From Mobula hypostoma (taxonomy: Eukaryota), in the NCBI RefSeq assembly GCF_963921235.1, contig NC_086101.1:86304001-86368000 (forward strand): a DNA stretch of 64,000 bases, read 5' to 3'. Positions within the stretch are counted from its first letter, which is position 1; each line of letters starts with the position of its first letter. Position numbers and translations under genes: made by a program. Shown here piece by piece: positions 11,617-23,610 of the stretch. The notes under the pieces were generated by a model, which worked only from the letters and a program-made list of their open reading frames with translations, did no database searches and was not told where the DNA came from.

Positions 11617-12890
11617 CACTAGCAAGCTTTATAGTGTACTGGTCAGACTACATTTAGAGTTTTGTGAGCAGTTTTGGGTCCTACATCTAGGAAAGGGTGT
11701 GCTGGTATTGGAGAGGGTCCAGAGCAAGTTTTTGAGAATGATTTCAGTAATGAAAAGTTTAATATGTGAGAAATGTTTGATGGCTCTGGGTCAGTACTCG
11801 CTGGAGTTTAGAAGAATGAGGGTGATCCTGACTGAAATCACTGAATATCGAAAAGCCCAGATAGTGCAGACACTGAAATCACTGAATATCGAAAAGCCCA
11901 GATAGTGCAGACACTGAAATCACCGAATACCGAAAAGCCCAGATAGTGCAGATACTGAAATCACCGAATACCGAAAAGCCCAGATAGTGCAGACACTGAA
12001 ATCACCGAATACCAAAAAGCCCAGATAGTGCAGACACTGAAATCACCGAATACCAAAAAGCCCAGATAGTGCAGACACTGAAATCACCGAATACCGAAAA
12101 GCCCAGATAGTGCAGACACTGAAATCACTGGATACCGAAAAGCCCAGATAGTGCAGACACTGAAATCAATGAATACCAAAAAGCCCAGATAGTGCAGACA
12201 CTGAAATCACCGAATACCGAAAAGCCCAGATAGTGCAGACACTGAAATCACCGAATACCGAAAAGCCCAGATAGTGCAGACACTGAAATCACCGAATACC
12301 AAAAAGCCCAGATAGTGCAGACACTGAAATCACCGAATACCGAAAAGCCCAGATAGTGCAGACACTGAAATCACTGGATACCGAAAAGCCCAGATAGTGC
12401 AGACACTGAAATCAATGAATACCAAAAAGCCCAGATAGTGCAGACACTGAAATCACCGAATACCAAAAAGCCCAGATAGTGCAGACACTGAAATCACCAA
12501 ATACCAAAAAGCCCAGATAGTGCAGACACTGAAATCACTGAATACCAAAAAGCCCAGATAGTGCAGACACTGAAATCACCAAATACCGAAAACCCCAGAT
12601 AGTGCAGACACTGAAATCACCGAATACCGAAAACCCCAGATAGTGCAGACATGGAGAGGATATTTCCAATGGTAAGGGTTCAGAATAGTGGGATATCCCT
12701 TTTGAAAAAAGATGAGGAGGAATTTCTTTAGCTATTGGAGGTTGACAGTTTCTTGATTAGAATGGACATCATGGTTATGGGGAGAAGGCAGGAGAATTGG
12801 ATTAAGACAGAAAATAGATCAGCCATGATCAAATGATGGAGCAGACCTGATGGGTGAATGGGCTGATTCTGCTCCTTTGTCTTATGATAA
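11617..12890 (+). mobile_element. CR1 LINE 3' fragment containing an expanded minisatellite
   Basis: LVRLHLEFCEQFW, LERVQSKFLRMI and YSLEFRRMR upstream of the array; CR1 sequence resumes atggagaggatatttcc and ends in the CR1 3' UTR. Confidence 0.8.
11831..12650 (+). repeat. Minisatellite, 20 x 41 bp (actgaaatcaccgaataccgaaaagcccagatagtgcagac)
   Basis: Unit starts at 11831, 11872 and so on; 820 bp / 41 = 20 copies with few variant positions and no spacers. Confidence 0.97.
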
Positions 12891-14349
12891 TTAGTAATTG
12901 CTACATAACATTTGCTGAACATTTATCATAATCTTGTTACATTTGGTGTGAAAGCAGAGAGCAGATAATGTCGTCATTCGACCAAAGAGTAAGGATCTTG
13001 TTCATGTAATTTTTAATGAATAGTTTATTATTTTGTAAAGAAAACATCTTCCAGGTTAATAAATCATTTTTGATTGGAACAGCTGGAGCTTAATAAAAAT
13101 GTCCACTGTTTAAAAATGATTCAAGAAACTTCACACAAGTCATGGATTTTCAACTTGTACATATGTGAGGCCAGCTATAAAGGGTCATCTGTATTATAAA
13201 ACACATAACAAATTACATAAATGACCACTTTCAAGGATAGATTTTCTGTTTTGAAAGGGATTGGTTCAAACTAAAATGGTAAAGGAGTCAACTATTTTAA
13301 CCTACCGTAGAAAGGAGGACTATCAGCAACTTTTAAGTGAATGAGTGCATGGGAGGTTTCAATCGTAGGATTAAAATTTTTACCTCTCCAAATCTACAGG
13401 CTAATTTGCACCTTTTTGTTGATCTGTTATGTCAGAAACTGCTATGGAAACACCAGTCTATTCATCTGTTCTGCGGATTTTAATATTTTTAGTGGTCCTC
13501 ATTATTAATAAAAAGAATAATAAATGTAATTAAAGGTAAGGAGCCAGTGAATTGGAAGAATTGGGTGAAATGTTAGCAACAACACCAGATATAATCTGCT
13601 GGAAAGAAAAGGAAAATTACGATGATTAATGGAACGTCTGCATCAGATGAGGACCATGTGAGTGACAGGAAACTAAACAATTTCCAATATGTGCTTAGCA
13701 CAGCAGACAACACTCTAGCTTGTTCAGTTTTTAATTTTTCAGTAGTATGCCTCTGGCTAGATGTAAAATTTTCTTTTTTTTCTTGAAAATAGTTGAATAG
13801 TCCATTTATGTATACAATCACTTGATAGCTAGAAATGTCAGAAAAATTAGTAAAAATGTTTTGGTAGATAAATTTTGCCAATGAGTTAAAATGATACAAA
13901 ATAAATGTAGAATTATTGCTCCTCTTTTTTTTCTTTGATGTTATTACTTTAAGTTTGAATACAAGTTTGGTTGATGATGTATTTTTTTCCCAATCTTTTT
14001 AACTACTTGCATTGAATAAATATATAGAGAACTGATAAAGTACTAATACTTTAAATTATAATGAGTCTGAAGTTTGTAGAAGCACTCATGTTTGATCATT
14101 AGGATTTGTAGTTAGAATAAATGAAATTCTACCCACAACTTTGTGTGTACTTTTCACAGTGAGATTTTAAATGTTTGCAGACTAGCAGAATTTCCCAGCC
14201 ACTTTTACCTCCATGTTGCACTCATGTATGTTTCTTCCTGGAGTATCAATGAACCAAGTTCCTGGATTGGAGTTTTAATGTCGCATACCTCCATTTTGTT
14301 GCTTTTTACTTGTACTTCAACCAAGTAGCATATTGTAACAAAACTTGAC

Positions 14350-14780
14350 TGCAAAGGTTGAAAGGGTTAACATCTGAGCAACATTTAATGGCTCTGGGTC
14401 CACACTCGCTGGAGTTTAGAAGAATGAAGAATGATCTCATTGGAACCTATCAAATATCAGAAGAGGTCTAAATAGAGTGGATGTGGAGAGGATGTTTCCA
14501 ATAATGGAGAAGTCCAGGACCAGAGGGCACAACCTCAGAATAGAAGGACTTCCCTTGAGAACAGAGATGAGTAAGAATTTCTTTAGCCAGGGAAATTAAT
14601 TACCACAGATTCACCATTGGGTATATTTAAAGCAGAGGTTTATAGCTTCTTAATTAGTATTGGCATTAAGGTTACAGGGAGAATGGGGTTGAGAAGGATA
14701 ATAAATCAACCATGATGAAATGGCTGAACTGACTCGATGGGCCAAATGGTCTAATTCTGCTTCTACAGTATGTCTTATGC
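14350..14780 (+). mobile_element. CR1 LINE 3' fragment
   Basis: ctcgctggagtttagaagaatga, SRTRGHNLRIEG.P.RTEM..NFFSQ and the 3' UTR gatgggccaaatggtctaattctgct. Confidence 0.8.
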
Positions 14781-16144
14781 TCTTATTTAGTAAATAATTA
14801 TGAATATAATCTAGCCAATTCTTGTTGCAGTGGGCAATTTTCCTGCTATGTAAGTTACTGTAAACCCATGTAATGCTTGATCTGTATAACGTCCCCATGA
14901 CTGACAGGAATGTGTTCAGTTCTCTCTGCTTAGGGTCCCTGTGTCTCCATGGATGTTGCAGTAAGCCATTGGCTCCAATCTAACGTATGCTCTAAAGCAC
15001 AAGCTGAGAGCATAATGGACACTACAACATCAGATATACATGCCTGTCTTTCTTGTCACGTCCCAGACAGCAGCTTTCAGCAAGCTTCTGTTTAATTAAT
15101 GGGTGCATGGCCAATGGGAAAGCAAACTGATGTTTTAAAGTTCCCAAATTAATGAAAAAAAGGAATCAACAAAAAAGTTGCCACAGAGCAAATGACAAAG
15201 CAAGGGTAAACCTGTGCAGAAAGGAAACAAGGAATTGAGGGGTAAAATATTAAGAACCGGTGATTAGGTAAGAAATGAGAAACATGCCAAACAATGCTTG
15301 AGATTGACAAATATTTTTAAAGGTGAAAATTTTACAGAAGCCCAAAGAAATTAAGCAAAAAGCAGAAAGCTTGGGACCTGGGTTATCAGAGCAAAAATGT
15401 GGGAACAGAAGCAAATGAAAATGAAGGTACCAGGAAAGATTGTGGAGAGAAATTTCAACATAGTATTAACCCACATTACTTGTCTTCTATGTGAAGAATA
15501 TACCAAGTTCAATATACTTCTTTTTCCCATAATATTTATGTTAACCTCTTACCTGTAACCAATACTGCATCTAACTTAAATTATGCAGCGACATCTAAAA
15601 AAAAAGACATAGAGCAGAATAAACATATAAATATTTTAAAGTACAATATCAGGAATGGCAGAAGAAGACAAAGCTAAAACTAATTACATTTATTTTTTTT
15701 AAAAAGCCATTTTAAACTTACTTTTGTGAAAGAATCTCAGCTTGTACTTATTTCCTAAGGTAAATAGTGTTCTGTGAGAGAAAACAACCTATTGATCTCC
15801 ATCAATGCTTTCCTGATTGACACTTCATCAGTGGTCAAATATGTAATTATTTCTTTGCCTTTTTTTGCATGCCAACTTAGGTTTTATATAATAAACATAT
15901 ATTTTCTACATTGGCAGTTATCCCCAAAACTATGCTTGAAAATCAAATGTCATTATCTGAATTACAGCTAGTATTGAATTTACATTATGTGAATTAATGA
16001 TATGTTAAAGGTTGCAGTCCTAGACGAAATGCATTTGAGTCTTGGGAACTGCTAAAGTAGAGAAGAGAAATTCAGACCAGCATTAGAATCCTGATGTCAT
16101 GCATCAGGTGCACACTGAAATTTGCTTTATATACCAGAATGAAT

Positions 16145-16600
16145 TCACCAATTTGTAAGTGACCTCCCCCATTTACAGTCTCCTGCTCCATCTCTGGAAA
16201 CGTCATACTGCACCTTGAAACCCACAAATCTGAAGTGAAAGACTTGATATAGGGATATTGTTGAAGAAGCAGATAGAGACATGTTATATAGAAAATGGAA
16301 CAAAGCAGAATGGGATTTTTGAGTCAATTTTTGTGAGGTGCTTAGCCTTTCCCACTTTATCAATACAGTCATCCACTCTCCTTCCTTGTTCCTTCTTGTT
16401 TCCAATTTCTTGTTCAACCATTTTACTTTCCTCTAAATTCATTTTGTAAGGATGCTGGTTGATGGGCTGGGCTGAATTTACAATGATGTCATGCACTGCA
16501 GCTGTGTACTGTCTTGGAATGCCAGGAAATAAATCTTTATGCTTGCTAATTAATTCTTTCAATTGTTTTTGCGGTGTAGGCTCCAACTGATGGACCTTAT
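16145..16600 (-). mobile_element. Gypsy LTR retrotransposon pol (RT N-terminal) fragment
   Basis: QLKELISKHKDLFP...VHDIIV.SAQPINQHPYKMN...VEQEI...VDDCIDKVGKAKHLTKID. Confidence 0.75.
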
Positions 16601-16888
16601 CAATCCATAATGTCCGAGCTGAACAAGATGCCAAATTAAACTTAATCTCTCTCTGCCTGCACATGATCCAGCTCCCGCTATTCCTTTGGTTATGTTTTGT
16701 TACTCCAAAATATCAAACTAATTCAGGCCAAGGCATGGGAGTCTGGGAATGCAGGTCTCACTTCGAGTTTACTTTAAGGAAGGGTGCACATATCATGTGG
16801 TAGTATGATTACCTTTAATGAATTATTGAAATGAACAAGAATGCTGAAATATATATATTAAACACTCCACACCACCAGCCCCTCCCCC

Positions 16889-16930
<42 letters not shown>

Positions 16931-17760
16931 CTCTGTCTCTCCTTCAGTATTAGACAGCTTTACCCAAGATTTAAAGATTCTGGCTGTGTACCCCATCAAA
17001 GTTTCTCATAATTTTATTAACTTTTATCAGATATCCCTTTAGGCTTCCTAAAACAACCCAAGTTTGTTCAACCTTTCCTTGCAGCTCACTCTCTAATCCA
17101 GGCAGCATTCTGTTAAACTTCGTCTCTATCCTTTGCAAAGCCTACACATTCTTGCTGTAATAGGGTGAAAAGAATAGCACACAATACTACAAGTGCAGTC
17201 CATCAGAAGTTTTACATAGCTGCAACATGACTTCCTCTTAAACTCAGTGCCCCTATTGAGGAAGGCAAACATGTTATATGCAAACTATACCACCTGATCT
17301 AATAGCATGGCAGATCCATACTATTATGGTCCTGACATAAACTGTATACTTTCCTGCTACGTTTGATCTCTTAACACATCACACTTGCCCAGATCAAACT
17401 TCATATATCATTTCTCCACCCATATCTGTACTGATATATATACTGTTATATCCTTTAAAACCCTCCTTTACTATACACAAATCGACCAATCTTTGTGTCG
17501 ACTGATCCCTGTGGAACATTCTGGCCATGGACCTACAGCTGAAAAAAATACCTTTTCACCACTAACCCGTCTTCAATTGGCAAGTCAATTCTGAGTCCAG
17601 TCTGCCACATCACTAAGGATCCAAAGTATCATAATCTTCTGCATCAGTCCAGCATGAAAGATTTTATCAAATGGTGACATCATCACTGAAGTCCATCTAT
17701 ACAACAACCATTTTCATCATCTCTTCAAAAAATCCATGACAATTGCAAGACTTGATTCCC
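16600..17760 (-). mobile_element. Degenerate CR1 fragment interrupted by a solo LTR and a (CA)n tract
   Basis: The reverse complement of HL.YCVLFFSPY and RMLPGLE-like motifs lies at ~17090-17200. Confidence 0.6.
16690..16865 (-). mobile_element. Degenerate solo LTR of the Gypsy family at 36530-39760
   Basis: gttatgttttgt.actccaaaa...tttactttaag...gtgcaca.atca...aagaatgct aligns with 39505-39760. Confidence 0.55.
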
Positions 17761-18139
17761 CGCACAACCAGACTAGTATCATGATATTTTATGTATGTAA
17801 GCAAATATTAGTTTAAGGTTAATAACACATTGTCAAAGAATTTTTTAGAACTACAGGGGATTAAAAGTACCAACTAAGGTAGCTATTATTTTCAATTTTC
17901 TCAGAATTGAGGAGATGGATTTATATTGGCAAAGTATCACATCCAAAAAAAATAAACAAGACTATAACTCACAAAAACTTGGCATGTGAGTCCAAGAACA
18001 GATTTTTTCCCCATCATCCAACATAGAAGTGGAAATTTAATAGATTACTTAGTTAAATATGTTCTGTATATTTCAGTTGGGGCTTTTTTTTTTGAACTAG
18101 ACATTGGAAACTTATGATGTTGTGTTTGTGTAATATACA

Positions 18140-19995
18140 GTATGATGCGATGGGATTAACCAAAAGCAGAGCTGGGAAGTTGATTAGTGAAATCAAAGGG
18201 CTGGAGAAGGGTGAATCTGATAGGAGAGAGTAGAATACCATGGAAGAAAGGAGGGAAAGAGGAGCACCAGAGAGAAGGAATGGGAAAGTAAGGAGATAAG
18301 ATGAGAGAGGCGAGCAGGAATGGTGAAGGAGAGGGGAGGGGCAATTACCAGAAATTCAGGAAAATAATGTTCATGCCATTAGGCTGGTAGCTATCCAGAC
18401 ATAATATAAGGTGTTGGTCTTCCAATCGGACTGTGCCTCATTATGACAATAGAGGAGGCCTTGGACTGCCATGTTGGAATGAGAAATGGAATGGAAATGT
18501 GTGGCTACTGGGATATTGGTGAAGCAGTCTCCCAATCTACGTTGGGTCTCACCGATATAGAGTAAGGCACACAGGAAGCACTGGATACAGTAAATGACCC
18601 CAAAAGACTCATACGTGAAGTCTCACTTCACCAGGAACAACTGTTTGGAACCTTAAATGGTAGTGAGTGAGGTGTAGGGCCAGGTGTGGCACTTGCTCCA
18701 CTTGCAAGGGTAAGTACCAGGAGGGAGATCAGTGGGGAGGGATGAATGGACAAGGGAGTCATGTAGGGGGGGAGGAAAGATTTGAAGGAAGAGGAAGGAA
18801 TCAAAGGAGAAAGTTTTGAGGGTGAAGGCCAATTCTGCCAGATGGAGGAGAGTGGTGGTGGAGGGGAACTGGTTGGATCTCTTGTCCAGAAATAAGCAGA
18901 GAACTTCAAGGCCTACCTGATGAGGAATAGTAGTGTATAGGAACTGGGCATCCATAGTGAAAATAAGACTATGCGGAGGGAGGGAAGAGCAGAATGTTTG
19001 GAAGGAGTGAGGTTAGAATAGTAGAGAGGAGTAGTAAAGTCGAGACGATTGATGTCCCATCGGCAGTTGGCAATAAAAAAAATTCCAGAGCAGGGTATCC
19101 AGGAAGAGGAGGTGGGTTGAAGATGGGAGGTCATTGGTGTGAGCTGGTGAGTCCTTGACAAAGAAGTAGGCTCAGAGTCAGAAGGGGTGGAAGAAAAGCT
19201 CAGCGTCATGGCGGGCATGGAACACACTGAGGTGTGGGTGCAGGGGGACAAAGGTGAGGCCCGTACTGAGGACAGAACATTCTGCCTCAGAGAGGGTAAG
19301 GTCAGAAGGAATAGTGAAGACCCAGCAGGGATGAGAGTTGGGAGAAAAAGGGGGAAGAAGGTTGGTAATGTTTGAGGAGAGTTGGGGTGTTCAGGGAAGG
19401 TGAATTTTCTGAGGATCCAAAAGCTGACGTGGATCCTGAGAAAGTTGGGATTGTGAAGTGGCAGTGGGGGGAAGGCAAGAGTGGAGTTCAAGCCCCAGCG
19501 CCAGAAGTCTTGTCCTTGATGTGCTGTCGGTCAAGGTCCAGGCTGGAGTCGGAATTAGAGGTTGCACAATAGGCACTTTGAAGTTGACCCTTCCCACCCT
19601 TCATCATTCCCCATTCCTGTTTCCCTGTCACTTCCTACCTGACCATTATGTCTGCCTAGTACGCCTCCTTTTCTTTCTTCCATGGTCTTCTACCCTCTCC
19701 TGTCAGATTCCCCCTCTTCCAGCCCATTATCTCTTTTACCAGTCAACTTCCCAGCTCTTTACTTCAAACCCTCCCATCTCACAGTTCACATTAACAACCA
19801 CCTTATACTTACTCCTCCACTCCTCCCATCTTCTTACTCTGACGTCTCACCTCTTTTTCCCAGTTTAGATAAATGATTGCAGCCCAAAATGTCGACTGTT
19901 TATTCATTTCCAATGATACTGCCTGGCCTGCTGAGTTCTTTCAGCATTTTGTGCGCGTTGCTTCGGATTTCCAGCATCTGCAGATTTTCTCATTT
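18140..19995 (-). mobile_element. Penelope-like element (RT + GIY-YIG remnants) with an inverted terminal copy at ~19580-19995
   Basis: MDAQFLYTTIPHQVGLEVL..FLD.R.NQFPSTTTLLHLAEL (18653-18955); YIGET at ~18545-18560. 18165-18260 is an inverted repeat of 19665-19760, and the track ORFs MVFYSLLSDSP / MVFYPLLSDSP mirror each other. Confidence 0.85.
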
Positions 19996-20059
19996 CTTAG
20001 AACTTTTGAATGTTTTATATTTTCATATATACTCTCAAACAAAGCCTCAAATCTAAATG

Positions 20060-20263
20060 CAACACATGTCAAATGCTGGAGAAACTCAGCATGTCAGGCT
20101 ACACCCGTGAAGTAGAATGAACAGTCAGCATATCGTGTCGTTTTTTTTTTACCAAAACGATAACTATTCATTTCCCTCTATAGATGTTGTCTGACCTGTT
20201 GAATTTCTCCAGCATGTTGTATGTGTTTGCTCAAGATATCCAGCATCTGCAGATCCCTTTGCA
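20060..20263. mobile_element. Palindromic short element derived from the Penelope-like terminus
   Basis: aaatgctggagaaactcagca...tgttgaatttctccagcat inverted arms; 15-bp TSD cctcaaatctaaatg (20045-20059) / cctcaaatcgaaatg (20264-20278). Confidence 0.75.
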
Positions 20264-21059
20264 CCTCAAATCGAAATGGCAATAAGAAGAAAGGTGATAC
20301 TGTGTGCAGTATGGATGAAATGATTAAATTATCAATAGATAGGAATAGTTCAAAGAAATGGACAGCATATTGGCAAATCGATTGCTTGTAGTTCAAAGCA
20401 AGGACGTCCACTTTGAACTTTAAAAAAAGAAAGAATAGTGCATTTTCAACCTAACAAAAATCCAGGACAAATTGAAATCCAAAGATACTTAGGTGTTTCA
20501 TATGAGTCGATCATGATACTGCAAACACAAGCCTGAAAATATTGATTACATTCTAAGAGTAGTTTCACCATGAAACACGGCATTATTTACACTATAGTTG
20601 GACAGCCGAGAGCAGTTCCGAGTTCCCATATCAGGAAGGATAATTAGAATACTCCTATTTGCAGGATTAAATTACCAGTGTATCATTTGGTATTGATTGG
20701 TATCATTCTCAGAATCACATCATGTGACAATTCGCATGTGTTGCGTCGTATTTTAGGGTAAAACATTTAAAACCCTATCTGCTTCTGTGGAAGCAAACCA
20801 CAGAGTGATGTTGCATGACAAAGTAATATTAATTATGCTTAATGAAGCATCCTTCCAGTAAACTTGATATAATGACTATTGTTCAGTATCTTGGAAGCTA
20901 AGTATACTGAGATGTGGATATGTTGTGCAAACCTGATTATATTCTCCAGAATTTAGGAAGCTGCAGTATTAATACAAGTTTTCATGTTGCTAAGGATTGG
21001 ATGGATAAAGAGGAAGTGTTTACACAGGTTAGGTAGTGTGAGATGAGGGGTCATGATAG

Positions 21060-22945
21060 AGGCAGATAAATTATTATCGTTGCATATACAGAGATACAGT
21101 GAAAAGCTTGTCTTGCATAGTGTCCATACAGATAAAATTATTACACTGTGCAATGAGATAAACCAGGTAAAACAGTCACTTAGAATACAAAATAAAGTGT
21201 AACAGTTACAGCGAAATAAACATGTACATAAACTATAAGGTGTAAGATCAAAATGAGGTAGATTGAATGATTAGGAGTCCATCTTATTGTACTATAGTCT
21301 TATAATGGTGGAGCAGAAGCTGTCTTTGACGTGCTGTCAGGATTTTGTAGTCTTCTGCATGGTGGGACAGGGAAAAAGAAATAATGTCTGTGGTGGATGA
21401 GGTCTTTGATTATGTTAGCTGATTTACTGAAGTATTGAGAAGTACAGACAGAGTCCATGGAGGAGAATCTGGTTTCCATAATGTGCTGACCTGTGTCCAC
21501 AACTCCTTGCAGTTTCTTGCAGGCACACGCAGTAGCCTTACCAAGCTGTTAGGAATCCTAGTAGATACTCTATGTATAGTGCATTGATAAAAACTGGTAA
21601 CTGTCAACAGGGATATGCCAAATTTCTTTAGCATCTTTAGGAGATGGTGGCATTGGTGAACTTTCTTGGCTGTGGCACCTATGTGGCCTATTGGACAGTT
21701 TATTGGTGATGTTCACTCCGAGGAGTTTCATCAGTTTCAAGTCTAAGTTCAGTGTATTGTCATTGAAATGTATACATGTATACCACCAAATAAAGCAATG
21801 TTCCTCCAGACCAAGGTGCAAAGCACAGTACATATAATTCATAAATACAGCGCAGAAAGTGATATTACCCCAAAACTGGATGGTGGCAGGAAATTCAGTA
21901 GTCTTATGTACTGGGGGAAGAAGTTGTTTTCCATCCTAGTAATCCTTGTTCTAATGCTAAAGTAACTCACATCTGATGGTAAAGGGTCAGAGATTGTTGG
22001 ATGAATGGGAGGGATCAGTGACAATGCTAACGGCCCTGCATATGCAGTGTTCCTAATAAATATCTCTGATGGGTGAAAGAAAGACTCCAGTGATCCTCTC
22101 AGCAGATCTGGCAATCCTTTGTAGGGACTTGTAGCCAAGTGCCTTCCAATTCCCCGACCAGATGGTGATGCCTAAGATCAGGATACTCTCAACAGTGCTC
22201 CTGTAAAAGTTGGTTAGAATGGGAAGGGTGGTGGGGGGAAAATTTGCTCGCCTTACTCTCCTCAGGAAGTGAGATGTTGCTGTGCTTTCCCATCTATATA
22301 GATGTTATTGAGGGACTAGGTGAGACTGTCCATTCTGTGCACTCCCAGAACTTTGGTGCTCATAACTCTCTCCCCACAGAGGCTTTGAGCAGTGGTCAAC
22401 CTACACTTTCCTAAAGTCTGCAATCATTTCTCTGGCCTTGTCCATGTTGAGACTCAAGTTGTCGTGCTCACACTATTCTTCCAGCTGCTCTACCTCTTCT
22501 CTGCACACCATCTCGTCATTGTTGATGAGGCCAGCCACTACTGTGTCATCAGATGATTTGGTTTCTACTGGATCTAGTAGTGTAGTCATGCATCAGTAGT
22601 GTGAACAGCAGTGGGCTGAGTACAGAGTCCTGGGGGTTGCCGGTCCTCAGCATGCTGGAACTAGAGTTGTTTCTCCCAACAAGAACTGACTGTGATCTTC
22701 CTGTCAAGAAGTCCAAGATCCAGTTAGAGAGAGAAGTGCTGAGAGCCAACAAGGACTTTACCCACCATCTTCTGAGGAATGATCGCATTGAAGCTTTCAA
22801 CTCTCTCAACTTCATCACCATTAATGTAGATAAGAGCAAGGGCATTGCCTCCTTCCTAAAGTCAATGACCAAAACATTTATTTTGTTAACTTTATTTTCA
22901 TGAAATCATATTACTCAGTTCCTTATCTCCTTCCTGTATGTCTTC
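21060..22945 (-). mobile_element. Cluster of nested Rex1/Babar LINE fragments
   Basis: [53 protein letters not shown]...[19 protein letters not shown] and MVIDFRK. Confidence 0.8.
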
Positions 22946-23169
22946 CAGCATTTCAATAATGTGGAAGCTGTGATCTCTGTTTGCATCTTCCAACAGAACC
23001 TGTGTTTGCCTCAATTTCTATGCTGTTTCCTCACCCCCTTTTCTTTTTGTTCTTGGCAATCCCTACTATCTTCTTCTTACCAGATCCTTATTCTTTTCTC
23101 TAATTTCATTGTATGAAACGTTGGGCTATTTATAATCCTACAAGGCAAATCCTAGCACCATAAATGGCT

Positions 23170-23430
23170 GTGATGCTTCACTTCAGATGAGCTCAATGGC
23201 TCTTATGCACACTTTGAAAGGGAGAATAAAACTACAAATACACAAATCTCTTCAGCATCTGGTAACCCTGTAATCTCTGTCTCAGAAGATGATATCAGAA
23301 TATCTTTCAAGAGGGCAAACATTTGCAAGGCATCAGACCCCAATGAGTGGTGTTGGAAGGGCACTGAAAACCTATGTTAACCAACTGGCAGACATATTCA
23401 ACGACATCATCAATCTCTCACTGTGACAGT
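23170..23430 (+). mobile_element. Rex1/Babar LINE internal fragment
   Basis: ISVSEDDIRISFKR.N..KASDP and NQLADIFNDIINLSL motifs. Confidence 0.65.
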
Positions 23431-23572
23431 CGGACCCATGAACATGACCTCACTACTTTTGCTCTTGTTTTGCACCAATTTCGTGGCATGTATCAAAAAT
23501 ACTGTTTTTACCAGTAGCAATCAGATTCCTGGGGCATTTTATTTTTCCCAGAATCGTGTGTGTGTTTGCGTG

Positions 23573-23576
<4 letters not shown>

Positions 23577-23608
<32 letters not shown>
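23577..23608 (+). repeat. (CA)n microsatellite
   Basis: Seen directly. Similar tracts at 16890-16925 and 31939-31981. Confidence 0.95.

Positions 23609-23610
<2 letters not shown>

Noticed and set aside
11831-12650. CRISPR-like array
   Set aside because: Units are contiguous with no unique spacers, there are no cas genes, the context is eukaryotic, and the unit derives from CR1.
13445-13665. Possible first coding exon (METPVYSSVLRILIFLVVLII... or MINGTSASDEDH before gtgagt)
   Set aside because: The first ORF stops after 29 codons, no recognisable homology, and donor-like sites occur often by chance.
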